DNA of 64,000 nt, from the sequence record PP680570.1; one strand, 5' to 3'. The position numbers and the translations under genes were made by a program. Shown one piece after another: positions 9,428-21,700 of this stretch. How positions within the stretch are numbered: position 1 is the stretch's first letter; the number at the start of each line of letters is the position of its first letter. The notes below the pieces were generated by a model. It had not been told where the DNA came from and did no database searches. It worked only from the letters and a program-made list of their open reading frames with translations. Source of the stretch: Enterococcus phage VRE9_4.

Positions 9428-9734
9428 TACAGAATTTAAAAATGGCTTTGGTATTAATGAAGTACCATGGGGAATATATATTAAACAAAAGAAAAATCAA
9501 GTATTTAAATTACTACCTCTCAAAGAAGAAAATGGCGAGTGGAAAAAACAATTACAAACTATCCTACTTGAAATGGGAGGAATAATTAATTTATCTCCCC
9601 AAGAGGAAGTAGTTGCTATAACAATTATGGCTAAACTAGCTGGGCTTGAAAATGAAAACGATTTCATGTTATATAGAAAAACAGTATTTGAAATTATCTC
9701 GCTCTTGGAGGACTGGAAAAAAGAAAGGAGGTAG
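9420..9734 (+). CDS. hypothetical neck protein candidate
   Basis: 104 aa. An ATGACTAA overlap with the upstream stop suggests translational coupling. Confidence 0.5.
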   Translation: MTNTEFKNGFGINEVPWGIYIKQKKNQVFKLLPLKEENGEWKKQLQTILLEMGGIINLSPQEEVVAITIMAKLAGLENENDFMLYRKTVFEIISLLEDWKKERR

Positions 9735-9741
9735 TTAATAA

Positions 9742-10803
9742 ATGAAGATCACTGATATTGGAAAAGCAAACAAAGCAAAAGATAATCATGACCATCGAAT
9801 AGAGAGTGGCTATCAAGTTAAACCTAGTGATCCTATAGATACAAATACTGCTTGGGATTGTTTAAATAATGCGAGAAAACGTATGGATAGTAGTTTAAAA
9901 TTAAATATGTTAGACAAAAGTTTTCAGCAAGCGTTAGATTCAGCAGAAGGAACAGAATTGTTTACAGTATGGGAGAAAGGCGACACTGACGTTTGGAAGG
10001 TTATACTTAAAAACCAAAAAGATAATTGGCAACAAGATATTAAATATATTAATGCTTTGAATGGAGTCGGTTTTGAAGTAGGTAATACAATAACTTGGCA
10101 AAGACTTGGAATTAGATGGTTAATTACATGGCAAGATTATAATATAAATGAATTTTTCAGAGGAGAGATTCAAAAAGCTGAACATGTTATTAGATGGAAA
10201 AATGAACATGGACAAATTCAGCAACAGTGGGCTGCAGTTCAAGGACCCATTGAAACTCGTGCTAAATATGAACAAACTAGAGGAAATACTATTGTAGGTC
10301 GTCAAAATGATACTGTAGAAATATGGATGGGATCTAATAGTCCTAAAGATGTTAATGATTTAACAAGATATGATAAAATAAATATTAAAGGAAGATGTTG
10401 GAGAATTCAAGTAATTGATGATATTTCTAACCCTAATATTTTACGTTTTTCATGCGTTGAAGATTTCAACAATCCAGTAACAGATGATATGGTAGCTTTA
10501 ATTCCTAATGGTAAAATTGATTTCGCTCCTAACGAAGAAGAACCTAAAGAAAATAAAATTCGTATTGTTGCACCTGCTAAAATTAAAGAAAAATTAGTTA
10601 GCAGAGTTTATGCAATTAATGAAGAGACATCTGAGAAAGTTAAAGGAACATGGGAAATTTCTGGTGCAACCTTTAATAAGGTAGATGAATACGAGGTCGA
10701 TGTAAAAGGAACGAAAATTGGAAACATAATTACTATAATGTTTACAGACGAAGAAGGAAATTCTAATATAGTAACAGCTAAAACAGTATCTATGTTTTCT
10801 TAA
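9742..10803 (+). CDS. hypothetical virion protein (neck or head-completion region)
   Basis: 353 aa with RBS AAAGGAGG. Confidence 0.5.
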   Translation: MKITDIGKANKAKDNHDHRIESGYQVKPSDPIDTNTAWDCLNNARKRMDSSLKLNMLDKSFQQALDSAEGTELFTVWEKGDTDVWKVILKNQKDNWQQDIKYINALNGVGFEVGNTITWQRLGIRWLITWQDYNINEFFRGEIQKAEHVIRWKNEHGQIQQQWAAVQGPIETRAKYEQTRGNTIVGRQNDTVEIWMGSNSPKDVNDLTRYDKINIKGRCWRIQVIDDISNPNILRFSCVEDFNNPVTDDMVALIPNGKIDFAPNEEEPKENKIRIVAPAKIKEKLVSRVYAINEETSEKVKGTWEISGATFNKVDEYEVDVKGTKIGNIITIMFTDEEGNSNIVTAKTVSMFS

Positions 10804-10835
10804 TAAAATAATGAGTTAAAGGAGAGAATTTTAAT

Positions 10836-11363
10836 ATGCCTATTTATGATAGTAAAACCAAAAAAGCTACAAAAGATATGTATATAAAAGATAGATTTAT
10901 CACAAGTGGGGACAATCTAAATATTATTGCTAATCGTCTTTTAGAAAGCGACAAATTAATTAAATTGCTTACTCGCAATGGTTCAGATGTTTTAACAGAT
11001 GATAGACCTGTTACAGATGAAGAACGAGCTGAAGCAATGAGAACTAATATTGGTGTTATACCAATTATAGATAAAGATATTGAAGTAAATACTTTTATCG
11101 CAGTACAAATTACTGATATTGTGCCTACAATACAAGGATTAACATATAATTTTGTGTTTGATATTTTATGTAACACAGAAGTTTGGAATTTAGATGGATA
11201 TAACCAACGTCCATATTTAATAATGAATGAATTAGACCAACTTTTTTCAAATACTAAGATGAAATCTTTAGGGCCAGCAACATTCTTAGGAGCGACTAGC
11301 TTGAAAATTAATGAAAAAATGCTTGGTTATACTATGATGTTTTCATTTTCGGAAATACAATAG
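10836..11363 (+). CDS. hypothetical neck / tail-terminator candidate
   Basis: 175 aa with RBS AAAGGAGAG. Confidence 0.45.
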   Translation: MPIYDSKTKKATKDMYIKDRFITSGDNLNIIANRLLESDKLIKLLTRNGSDVLTDDRPVTDEERAEAMRTNIGVIPIIDKDIEVNTFIAVQITDIVPTIQGLTYNFVFDILCNTEVWNLDGYNQRPYLIMNELDQLFSNTKMKSLGPATFLGATSLKINEKMLGYTMMFSFSEIQ

Positions 11364-11365
11364 TA

Positions 11366-12181
11366 ATGGATATTTTAACAAAAGTTGCTGGCACAGACTT
11401 TTATTTTATACCTTTTGCTACATTAATTCATCAACCAACGATAAAAGAAATAGCTTTATTAGGAGAAAGAACTCTATTTGATGCCTTAGCAATCTTTGCG
11501 GGTTCTTCTCCAGATTATTTTAAAAAACAAGTACTTAAAGGAATACCCGAAGAGGAACGTGGAGCAACAGAGGTTGAATTAAATTATACGATAACATCAG
11601 AGCTAGATGTTTTTTATAAATATTGTTTAGGAACTCAAGAAAAAAGAGTAATTGAATCTTTTTTATTTTTAATTTTTGAATCATTACGAGGAGTAAAATT
11701 TATTCCCATAGGAGAAACAAAAATGTTGCTTCAACTATCTTTTATAGATATTCTTAGCAAAGAAGAAAATAAAATAAATACTATCACTCTTGATGCAGAA
11801 AATTTCTCAGAATTAAAAGAAACTGTTTCTGATATGTTTACTTATCAATCAGAAGAAGATCAAGAAGCAAAACTAAATCCTGCTGGAGAAATGGCTCAAA
11901 AAATTGCTGATAAAATGGCTGCAGCAGCAGAAAGAAGAGCTAAAATTTATGGGAAAAATAAGGCTAAAAAAGATGAAGAGTCTGTAATAGGAACAATGGC
12001 TTCAATTTTAGCTACGAGTGATGGTATACCAATAACAGAGGTCTTAAAATTAACATTTCCACAGGTTCTTATTCAGTTAAATCGAACACAAATGTTCCAA
12101 CAATATCGTACACAGATTACGCTTGGGGCTTTTGGAGGTTTAGAAGCAGATGATGTAGTAAACTGGCAACAGTCAGTTTAA
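11366..12181 (+). CDS. hypothetical protein (tail completion candidate)
   Basis: 271 aa. It starts 2 nt after the upstream stop and lies directly before the major tail gene. Confidence 0.45.
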   Translation: MDILTKVAGTDFYFIPFATLIHQPTIKEIALLGERTLFDALAIFAGSSPDYFKKQVLKGIPEEERGATEVELNYTITSELDVFYKYCLGTQEKRVIESFLFLIFESLRGVKFIPIGETKMLLQLSFIDILSKEENKINTITLDAENFSELKETVSDMFTYQSEEDQEAKLNPAGEMAQKIADKMAAAAERRAKIYGKNKAKKDEESVIGTMASILATSDGIPITEVLKLTFPQVLIQLNRTQMFQQYRTQITLGAFGGLEADDVVNWQQSV

Positions 12182-12278
12182 TTTTACTATCAAAACTTTA
12201 TAATACAAGCTTGGTTTTTTCTAGATGTATTAGGGAATATAATTCCAAGAACAACTCATATAAGAGGAGGAAAAACAA

Positions 12279-13313
12279 ATGAATGAAAAATTTGGCGTTC
12301 GAGAAATAGTAGACGTAGTATTTAAGGCTAAAAGTGCTATGACTGTTGGTAACACTAAGTATAAAAAAGGTGAACCAGTTATCTACTTCGACTCAGCTAA
12401 AACTTCAACTTTGGAGTCTACAACTGCTACTGTTTACGCTCAAGGTGGACGTGGTAATGCTCGTTTACTTGCTTGGGAAGGTGACAAAACAGTTACTTTC
12501 AACTTTGAAGAAGCTCTATTATCAACACGTAGTTTTGCATTGTTATCAGGTGGTAATTTAACAGAAAATACTCGTGTAAATATGCACGTTACAGAACGTG
12601 TAGAAGTTACAAAAGCATCTATTCAATTGGGAGAAAAAACTGCTGCTGAAGTACCAGTACTTGATTTAGCTCCATATCTACCTAAAAATGGACAAATCCT
12701 AAGTGCTGCAGACCCTACTTTGGTAACAGAAGCTGGAAATGCTAAATACCCTGAAGCTGGTATTTATGTAATGGAACTTAACGAACATGGTGAAATTACT
12801 CGTCGTTTTGATGTTATAGCAGGTGCTTTAAAAACAGATCCTTCTACACCAGCTCTATCTACTTTGGCTGAGTCACAACAAGGTGACGATACTGAATTAA
12901 ATGTAACTAAAAAATTCTATTTAGCAAGTGCTTATGCCGGAGATAGCAATACTACAGCTGTTTCAGGTGTAAATGCGTTAGACGAATCTAAAGTTTACTT
13001 AGTTGACTTCTATGTAGCTCAACCAGGTTCAAACTTGACAATCACACCAGGTAAATTTGCAGGAAGCTTCTTAATCGAAGCAACAACATTGTTCCGTCGT
13101 CAAGCTGATAGCCGCGACTTCCCAGCTCAATTTACTATTCCAAATGGTAAAATCAGTTCTAACTTCACATTCACAATGGCATCTACTGGTGATCCAAGTA
13201 CATTCCCATTCCAAGTTGAAGCGCAACCTGATTATCTTCCATTCAACAAAAAATGTAAAGCATTGTTTGCATTGGATGTTGCTGAAGAACCAATTGGCGA
13301 AAATGAGTGCTAA
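12279..13313 (+). CDS. major tail (tube) protein, probably with a C-terminal Ig-like extension
   Basis: 344 aa with a very strong RBS (AAGAGGAGGAAAAAC). A strong terminator follows it. It holds the position before the chaperone and TMP and has a beta-rich T/S/G composition. Confidence 0.5.
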   Translation: MNEKFGVREIVDVVFKAKSAMTVGNTKYKKGEPVIYFDSAKTSTLESTTATVYAQGGRGNARLLAWEGDKTVTFNFEEALLSTRSFALLSGGNLTENTRVNMHVTERVEVTKASIQLGEKTAAEVPVLDLAPYLPKNGQILSAADPTLVTEAGNAKYPEAGIYVMELNEHGEITRRFDVIAGALKTDPSTPALSTLAESQQGDDTELNVTKKFYLASAYAGDSNTTAVSGVNALDESKVYLVDFYVAQPGSNLTITPGKFAGSFLIEATTLFRRQADSRDFPAQFTIPNGKISSNFTFTMASTGDPSTFPFQVEAQPDYLPFNKKCKALFALDVAEEPIGENEC

Positions 13314-13322
13314 TAATTATGA

Positions 13323-13355
13323 AAGACCTAGTATTTTTACTAGGTCTTTTTTTTG
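13323..13355 (+). terminator. strong intrinsic terminator after major tail gene
   Basis: AAGACCTAGTA-ttttTACTAGGTCTT followed by TTTTTTTT. Confidence 0.75.
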
Positions 13356-13416
13356 TAAGTAATTCATATTTTTTATTATTGATAAAGACATACGAGAAAA
13401 AGGAGAGAAACATACT

Positions 13417-13926
13417 ATGAGTAAAATATCTTTTAGTAAACTTAAATTAAAGGTTGATGATAGTGTCAACACTGTAGACATTGAAGGTGCAGATGGTACG
13501 ATTTATGAGATTGAAGTAAAACAATATCTTCCAATTGAAAATAAGATTAAACTTGTTTCTTATGTAATTGCAAAATCTGCAAATGGTGGCGTTATTCGAG
13601 AAGATATGTTAGATGCCTACCTTGGTGTAGAATTAGTTAAAGAATATACTAATTTTTCATTTACAGAAAAAATGCTTCAGAATGATGCAGATTTATTTGA
13701 TGTGCTGGAATCTAATGATATTGTAGGCAAAGTACAAGATGCAATGAACCCTGCAGAATTAGAAGACATTATTCGTTATATTAATTCTTATTCAGACCAA
13801 ATGCAAAAATCTATTCAATCTTCTGTATCAGGATATACTGCTCAAGAGAAAGCTATTGAAGGCATGGTAGCTAAATTTATGAGTGAAATTGTCAGCAACG
13901 AATCAGAAACAGTGTCAGATAACTAA
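13417..13926 (+). CDS. tail assembly chaperone-like acidic protein
   Basis: 169 aa, acidic, with a D/E-rich C-terminus. It sits upstream of the TMP. No overlapping -1 frameshift partner is evident. Confidence 0.4.
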   Translation: MSKISFSKLKLKVDDSVNTVDIEGADGTIYEIEVKQYLPIENKIKLVSYVIAKSANGGVIREDMLDAYLGVELVKEYTNFSFTEKMLQNDADLFDVLESNDIVGKVQDAMNPAELEDIIRYINSYSDQMQKSIQSSVSGYTAQEKAIEGMVAKFMSEIVSNESETVSDN

Positions 13927-13963
13927 CATTATACCTTCTTATCACAAGGAGGAATGAGTACGA

Positions 13964-14302
13964 ATGTCTTTATCAGATGTTTTAAATGCGGCTCCTGGTT
14001 TGTCAGATTTAACGATCGGAATAGTTGCTATCCTTTTGGTAGTCTGGTTAGTTGGGAAGTTTTTAGATAAACAACAAGAACAAACTATGTTACACAACGA
14101 ACAAATGGATAAAACGTTCAAAATTATAGCAAGTTTTACCGAAACATTATCTGAACTAGTCGCACTTATCCGAGAAGGAAATGAAAAGACAGACAACGTT
14201 TCCGATAAAGTTGATGAAATAAATCGTAAGCTAGAACACTTTGAAATTCATGACGAAAAAGAGCATAGCGAGAAAAAACAAGGAGACAGGAACGATAGTT
14301 AA
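13964..14302 (+). CDS. small membrane-anchored protein
   Basis: 112 aa with RBS AAGGAGGAATG. The N-terminus has a transmembrane helix (LTIGIVAILLVVWLVGKFL) followed by a charged, helical C-terminal part. Confidence 0.55.
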   Translation: MSLSDVLNAAPGLSDLTIGIVAILLVVWLVGKFLDKQQEQTMLHNEQMDKTFKIIASFTETLSELVALIREGNEKTDNVSDKVDEINRKLEHFEIHDEKEHSEKKQGDRNDS

Positions 14303-14345
14303 TCTATCTCCTGTCTCTATTTTTATCCCAAAAGGAGGGAGAAGG

Positions 14346-15704
14346 ATGGCCGATAATCTGCCAAAAATACCTTATACGTTACAAAACATACGAGACTTAA
14401 AATTTTATTCTGTCTATAATTTACAGCCTTTACAATCATACTCTTTAAGAGATTTTAATTCAGGTGATACAAAGCATAGGATATATCAAAATTATATTAA
14501 TGCTTATGAAGCAGATTTTACTTCTAGGGCAGGAATGAATGCCGAAGAATTTTCTAAAAAAGCTGGTCTTCATAGTAAATTAGTTACAGAAAATACAGAT
14601 TTTATTAAAAATTTTAAAATAGCACAAAATAATTTCAGTATAAATAATACAGAGTTAAACAAATATGTTAATGATTTATTATCTGGAGATTCCGATAGAC
14701 TACAAAAATTGGCTGGAAAAGAAAAAGAAATTATCAAAGTGTTGGAAAATTGGGCTAACTCAGTTCAAGAATATCTTGATGTGCTTTCAAGAGTAGATGA
14801 TTTATATTATTTTAGAAATATGGATCAAGCTCAGATAAAAGGTTCTATTTCTATGGCAAGTGGAAGAAATATTTCTCAAGCCTTTAGATTGGAACGAAGT
14901 GCTATGACAGCGATGCAAAATGCAGACGCTTTAATAGTAGGTTTAAAACAATCTATTGATAAAGTTAATCAAGAAGGATTGTCTGTTAAACAATTATCGA
15001 ATATGGTTATTACAACTCCTAGTTATGAAGGAGCTAGAGGGCAAGCACCATCAACAATAAAAACATTGGGAAACTTAAAGACAATGGTTGGTTCATTGAG
15101 TAATTTGATGGGTTTTGCCTTTGAAGCACAATTAGCAAGTGGTTTAGAACGCCAAGTCAATGAAGCACTATCAGACATTGCTCTCTTGGGGGGTGCAGAA
15201 GGAGTTTCGGTAACATTAAGTGATGGACGACCTTTTAAAGTTAAACAAAGTAAAACAGACCTTAGAGCAACTGTTGAAGGAGTTGACTTAGGTTTTTCTT
15301 TAAAGAATTTATCTAAAAATGGTAAAACTAAACGAGTTTCATTAAACACTTCTAATACAAATCAGCTTATTGCTTTAATAAGTAATAATCAAGATTTTCG
15401 GTCACAATTAGCTGGGACATTAATGTGGCGTTCTGATTCTATAAAACGAACTAGTGACCAATTAACAATGTTTTTAGCTTCCTTATCTGCAGACTATGCA
15501 ATTGCAATGGGAGGAAATGATCGTATTGATTATATGGTTTTTAATGATAAAGTTATTAGCTTAGGAGAGTATTATTCAATTATGGAGAAAAGATTATCTC
15601 TTAAAATTCATCCTAGTGCTAGTCAGAATTCTTATCAAAATCAACTTAGAGAGTTGAGAGAACGGGAAATATTAGCTAATATGCCTGTTAAATTTACAAC
15701 ATAG
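14346..15704 (+). CDS. hypothetical protein preceding TMP (start moved to the RBS-supported ATG)
   Basis: 452 aa from MADNLPK. An RBS AAAGGAGGGAGAAGG lies 8 nt upstream. The track ORF start at 14241 lacks an RBS. Confidence 0.55.
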   Translation: MADNLPKIPYTLQNIRDLKFYSVYNLQPLQSYSLRDFNSGDTKHRIYQNYINAYEADFTSRAGMNAEEFSKKAGLHSKLVTENTDFIKNFKIAQNNFSINNTELNKYVNDLLSGDSDRLQKLAGKEKEIIKVLENWANSVQEYLDVLSRVDDLYYFRNMDQAQIKGSISMASGRNISQAFRLERSAMTAMQNADALIVGLKQSIDKVNQEGLSVKQLSNMVITTPSYEGARGQAPSTIKTLGNLKTMVGSLSNLMGFAFEAQLASGLERQVNEALSDIALLGGAEGVSVTLSDGRPFKVKQSKTDLRATVEGVDLGFSLKNLSKNGKTKRVSLNTSNTNQLIALISNNQDFRSQLAGTLMWRSDSIKRTSDQLTMFLASLSADYAIAMGGNDRIDYMVFNDKVISLGEYYSIMEKRLSLKIHPSASQNSYQNQLRELREREILANMPVKFTT

Positions 15705-15726
15705 AGAGCAAAAGGAGAGGAATTAA

Positions 15727-18700
15727 ATGGCAAATAATGTAGACGTTGGTTTAAAGTTTAAAACTACCTACGAAGGTCTTGATGCTGGTAAACAGGACCT
15801 AAAAGAGCTAAAAAACTTAATGGACTCCATTGGTAAAGATGGAGTTAAACTTAACTTAAAAGATGGAGAAATTGAACAAGCTAAACTACAGATTTCAGCT
15901 TTGGAGCGCTCAATTAGAGAAGCTGAACAAAGTGGTGGAGATTTTGGTAGAATTTTCCAGTCTAATTTAAATGCGGTACAAAATGAAGCTAAACAAACTG
16001 CAACTAGTGTTTCAAAGGTAGAGAAAGAAATTAAATCTTTAAACCAAACATCTAATAATGGTGGAGGATTTAAATCTATCTCTAATGCTGCTCGTTTAGC
16101 AACAAAAGAAATTCAAGGAACAACAGGTCAAATTGACCAGTTACGAGTGAATTTACAACAAGGTATGGGACAAACTATTGCCTTTGGTGCTATTGGGGCT
16201 GTAACAGGCGCAGTAACCGATGCTTTAAATGTAACAAAACAATTAGACGAAATTTCAACAGATATTAGTATCGTTTCTGGTAAAACTAGAAAAGAAATGG
16301 AAGGATATCGTGATGCTGCTGTAGATGCTGCTGATGCTTTAGGAACTACTACAAAAGATTATTTAGACGCTTCTTTAATCTTTGAACAGCAGGGTGGTCA
16401 AGCAGCTTATTATGCAAAAGAATTGGCAGAAGCTACTGTAACAGCCGCCAATATTTCTAATGTAGCAACGGATCAAATGTCTGAATATCTTACAGCTACA
16501 ATTAATGGTTTCCAACTATTAAAAGAAAAAGGTGGAGAAGCTGGTACTTATATTACTGATGTAATGGCTAAATTAGGAGCTGCATCTGGTTCCGACTTAG
16601 CTGAAATTGCTACAGGTTTAACACGTACTGCTAATACAGCAAAAGACGTTGGTTTTGAATTTGAAGAAATAGCAACAATGATTGCTACTGTTTCCGAAGT
16701 AACTCGTCGTACACCAGAAACAATTGGTAATGCGTTTAAATCAATGCTTACTTCATTTACTCAATTGCGTGAAGCTGGTGAAGAGGAAGTAGAAGCTTTC
16801 ACAAATAAAGTTCAAGAAGCCTTTAAACTTGGTGGAATTGAAGATATTTCCTTATTTGATAATGGAAATCTAAGAGATGCTGCAGATATCTTTAAAGATA
16901 TTGCTGCTCGATGGCAAACAATGAATAAAGAGCAACAATCTTTAGTTTCTGAAGCTGTTGCTGGTAAGTATCAAGCAGAAACATTCCGTGCATTTATGAA
17001 CAACCAAGAGCGATACAATCAATTACTTGGGGAAGCTTATGATTCTGCTGGGACATCGGCGCAACAACAATTAGTATATATGGACTCTTTGAAAGCTAAA
17101 GGAGAACAACTTAAAAATGCTTGGCAGGGCGCTGTAAATACAGTTGTTGACTCAGATATGTTTAAGGGTGTTTTGGAAGACGCTACTAATTTCTTAAAAA
17201 TTATTGGTGACGCAAAAAGTGGACTTGGTGGTTTAGCTACAGCAATTGCTCCTATTGTTGGTATTGGTGGACAAATGTTTGGTGCTAACCAAATTGGAGA
17301 ATTATATTCTAACAATAGACTAAATAAACAAGCCAAAGAAATTACAGCAAGTTTAGAAAAATTAAAGGTTGCTCAAGAGGGTAATTTAACAGCTCTACAA
17401 GAAGAGTATAAATCAGCAGCCCAAGTAAATCAAATTATGTCTACTCTTGGACCAGAAGCTGCTAAGAATTATGAAGAAGTAACTAAAGAGATTACTAAAC
17501 TTGATGAGAAATTAAAAGACATTCCTAAGAGCGCAGAGGAAGTAAAAACCAAGGCGAAAGAAACAGCAGACTTCCTTATCAAAAATGGATATCATAAAGG
17601 CGTAGACGAAAAAAATGTAACTAGAGCTGCTAAGGGATTAGAAGAAAAACAAGATCCTAGATTATTAGATAACATTAAACAGCTTAATGAAGCTAGAAAA
17701 GAGTTAGAGAAAACTCAACAAAGATCCATTGATCAATTATCTACACTGGAAGATAAAATCTCATTAAAAGATGGAAATGCTTCAACTAAGATAAGTCGTT
17801 TACAAGACGAACTTGTTTTATGGGAAGATGATTATAGACAAGTTCTTTATGAAAATAAATCTTTATCAGATCAATTTTCTGCTGACATGGATAAAATTCG
17901 TGAAGGTATAGATCAACGATATAATGATTACTATGGATTAGTAAAAATTCGTAAGCAAGCATTAAAAATTGAAGATCAGATAAGAGATAGTATGTTGGCT
18001 CAAAATCCTGGAGCTGTAGAAAAAGTCGCCAAAGCTGAAAAAGAACTTGAAAATAAAGCTAAACAGGTAGTATTAGAAGAACAATATACTAATGAAATGA
18101 AAGAACAAAATAAAATTATTGCTGATAGAAAAGTATTAGAAGACAAAGCTCAAAGTACTGCTCAAATCGCAAAACGAACGGAATTAATTCAAAAAGGCGT
18201 TAGAGGAATGAGTTTAGCTTATAGCACAATAGTTCCTATTATAGCTACCTATAATTCTGTACAAGAAGAAAGTATTAGTAAACAAGATGGTGTAATTGCA
18301 GGTTTACAAACTACTTCTGCAATGTTAATGGCATCTATGAATCCGTGGGGTATGGCTGCAGGAGCCGCTGCTGGAGCATTTTCATTAATAGTTGATAAAT
18401 TTGATTTATTCAAATCTCGTGGAGAAAAAGCAAAAGAAGTTAATGAACAATTAACTAAAACTTTTATGTCCCTTCAAGAAACAGTTAATGGAAATATTTC
18501 TAACCTAAATGATATTGCAGATACCTATAAACGTTTTGAGGGTGTTAACGCTGAAGCATTTATTAATAATGCACCAGACCCAAGTGATACAGAAGCTTTT
18601 GAAAAGTACAATAAAAACCTAGAAGACTATGATAATTTAGCTGGTAAAATTGCTCAAACAAATCCAGAATTAGTCAAAGGCTACGATGATACTGGTAGAG

Positions 18701-21700
18701 CAATTATAGATCTATCTAAAGATTTTGAAACTTTAATGGAACAACAAAAAACTGCTAGAACAGACAATTATCAAATGCTTTCTGCAAATAGAAACTCATT
18801 TATTACACAACAAGTCTCCGACTTGCAAAATGCTAAATCTAGTATGAATGATTATTCTGTTGAGGTTGCTAAATTAACCAAAGAACTTGAAAATGCAAAA
18901 AAACAGGGTAAAGGCGAAAAAGTAGATGATATTCTAAAAGATTTAACTAATGCTCAAAATAAAATTTCAGAAGTACAAAAAACTTTCAGTGAAACTAAAG
19001 CTAATATTCAAAGTAGCATTGTAGTACCTTTTAATGAAGCAAACGATGAATTTAATAAATTAGTTGATAAAACTCCCGAATTAAAAGAAGCATTTGAAAC
19101 TTTTTCTGATACTTATATGAACTCTAATTTCTTGGCAGGGATGGCATCTGAGAATGACGAAGAAGGAATGAAAAATCTTGTTCAAAATATGGGTCTTATT
19201 AAAGATAAATTTACTGAAATAGCTCAACAAGATCCTGGAAAAGCTCAAGAATTCTTAGATAAAATTGCCAAGTCTAGCGAATGGGCTAAATTAGCTTTAT
19301 ATGATGTTCAAGGAAATATTGAAACTTTACAAGAAAAAATGGCGGAAGCTGCAGATCCAATTACAGATGGTGCACAATCTAGAGCATTAAGTTTTGTAGA
19401 TAAAGTAATTCCTGAAAAAGATGTTGAAAAAGCTCAAAAACGTATTGGAGAGCTTGCTTCAGATCTTGAAGAAAAAGTTGAAGACGCTAATAAAATGAGG
19501 TTTGATTTTTCTAAGGCAGAAGGCGCTGACTTTACTGGTGATAGAAAAGAAATCGAAAACATTAATGATAAAATTGAAGATTATGATAAACTTCAAGATG
19601 TTATGTCTGATGTTTCTGAAGAGTATTCTAGAACATCTAGAACAGTCGAAGGTTTTAATGAAAACTTAGGTCATGTTGGAGATATAGATGCTGCAATGCA
19701 AGCATTGGATCAACTTCAAAAGAATGGTTTGGATGATAACCAATTAGAAGTATTAAAACAAAAATTCCCAGAATTAGAAAAATCTATGAGGGAATCTGCT
19801 GAGAAAGGTACAGAAGCCTTTAAACAAAATGCTTCAAATTTATATGATATTTTGTCAGAGGAACATGAAGCAGCTATAACTGGTATGGTCATGAATAATG
19901 AGCAGTTTTATGGAGTATGGATGCAAAATAATTCTAAGACAATTAATAAAATTGCTGAAGATTATGGCATTGATGCAGCTAACTACCAAACGTTGGCTGA
20001 ATATAAAAATGCTCTGCAGTCATTAAGTCTTGAAAACCTACAAGTTATTGCAGGACAAGAAGTAGAAACGAATAATAAGAAAAATAAAGAAATTTTAGCT
20101 GGCGAAGCAGTTCATGTAAGTAACATGATTTCTTTAACCGACATCTGGTCTAATTCAAATCTTACTTACACTCAAAAACTTGTAGCTTCATTCTTAAATG
20201 CTTATGACGATATGGCTAATGGACTAGGGAACGCTTTAAGTTACATGGAACAGCTCCTAAAAGGATGGTTAAATACAGCTCATAAAGCATTAGGTGATTT
20301 TTTTGGAGGTATGATAAAAAAACTTCCAAAAGGAATGAGGGACGCTCTTGGTCTTGATGAGATAGACAAATGGGGCGAAGGTGGAGTTTCTGAAAGCTTC
20401 TTTAAAAAATTAGACCCCTCAACTTTAGCAAAAGATTATGTAGACAAAAAGAATCAAGAAGCCCAAAAAGAACAAGAGAAAAAAGATTCTTTAATTCAAC
20501 AAATTCTTGAAGGTAAATTCAAAAATAAGAACGGTCTCTCAAATGAAGACTTGATGAAAAAGTTAAACCTTGATAAACCACAGTCATTAGAAGGTCTGAA
20601 TGGTGTTCCTAGAGACCCAGAAAATAAAGATGTTGAAAAAGATGGCAAAATTGAAAAGGAAGACAAAGATAGTAAAAAAGATGTTGATAATTTAGAATTA
20701 GAATTAGATAGATATTATAAATTAGATCATATCTTAAGTGAAATTGAAAAACGTTATTCTGAATTATCAGATGCTAAAGATGCTGCTTATGGAAATGATA
20801 GATTAAATATCATGAAGCAAGAAGAGCAATTATTGGCTCAAAAAGCAGGGGTATTGAAACAATATACGGCTGAATTAAATAAAGAGCAAGACGAGTTAAG
20901 AAATAAACTTGCTTCTCAAGGATTTACATTTAGCGCTAATGGCGATATTGATAATTTAAATCAAAAATTAACTGATTTACAAAACGCCGCAAATTCTAAA
21001 ACCGGAGACGCTAAAGAAGACGCAATTGATGCTGTTAAAAAGATTCAAGAAGAAGCTTCACGTTACCAAGATATTACATTTAATTTAATTCCAGATAAAC
21101 AAAAAACATTAAATGAAATTAAAAAACAACTTTCTGAAATTGCTAGAGAAAGAATTGAATATACTGTTAAACTTAGAGTTGACAAAGATGAATTCAAATC
21201 TGATGTTTTAGATGTTGTTAAAGAAATGCAAGATTCTTATGCAGACCTTGATGAAAAAGCTCAAATCGTCGGCAAAGAAATGAAACAAGCTTTAGATAAT
21301 GTTTCTTATTGGCAATCTATGATGAACCAAGTTAGAAATGATAGTGGTTTAACAGATTCTGATAGACAAGATCTATTACAAGAATATAATAAAAACTTAC
21401 TCGACGCAGTTTCAAAAGCGAGAAGTGGTTATAAAGAATTATTAGAAGTACAAGCTGATTTTGTTAAACAATCAGTTGAAGCTATTAATAAGGTTAATGA
21501 TAGATATGATAATTTATTTGAAAAAGCTGGGCAACTAGCAGCTAAAACAGAAGAATTATATGGTACAAAAGCTTATGGTAAAATTGTTGGTTATTTCGAT
21601 ACCCAAGAGAAGGCGATTAATGGTCAAGTTAAAAATCTTCAGGAAGCTCAACGTAGAATGATTAAATATCGAAATTCTGTTAAACAAGGATCAGATGCTT

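Noticed and set aside
8576-13362. Same-strand alternative-frame ORFs (8576..8764, 12346..12561, 13144..13362)
   Set aside because: They are fully embedded in better-supported genes or span a terminator. They have no RBS.
14241-14345. Longer N-terminal extensions of ORFs (14241, 26628, 42229, 48112 and the 58037 TTG form of tdk)
   Set aside because: Internal ATGs have canonical AGGAGG-type RBSs at correct spacing, while the upstream track starts have none. The 48112 extension would begin inside a terminator hairpin.
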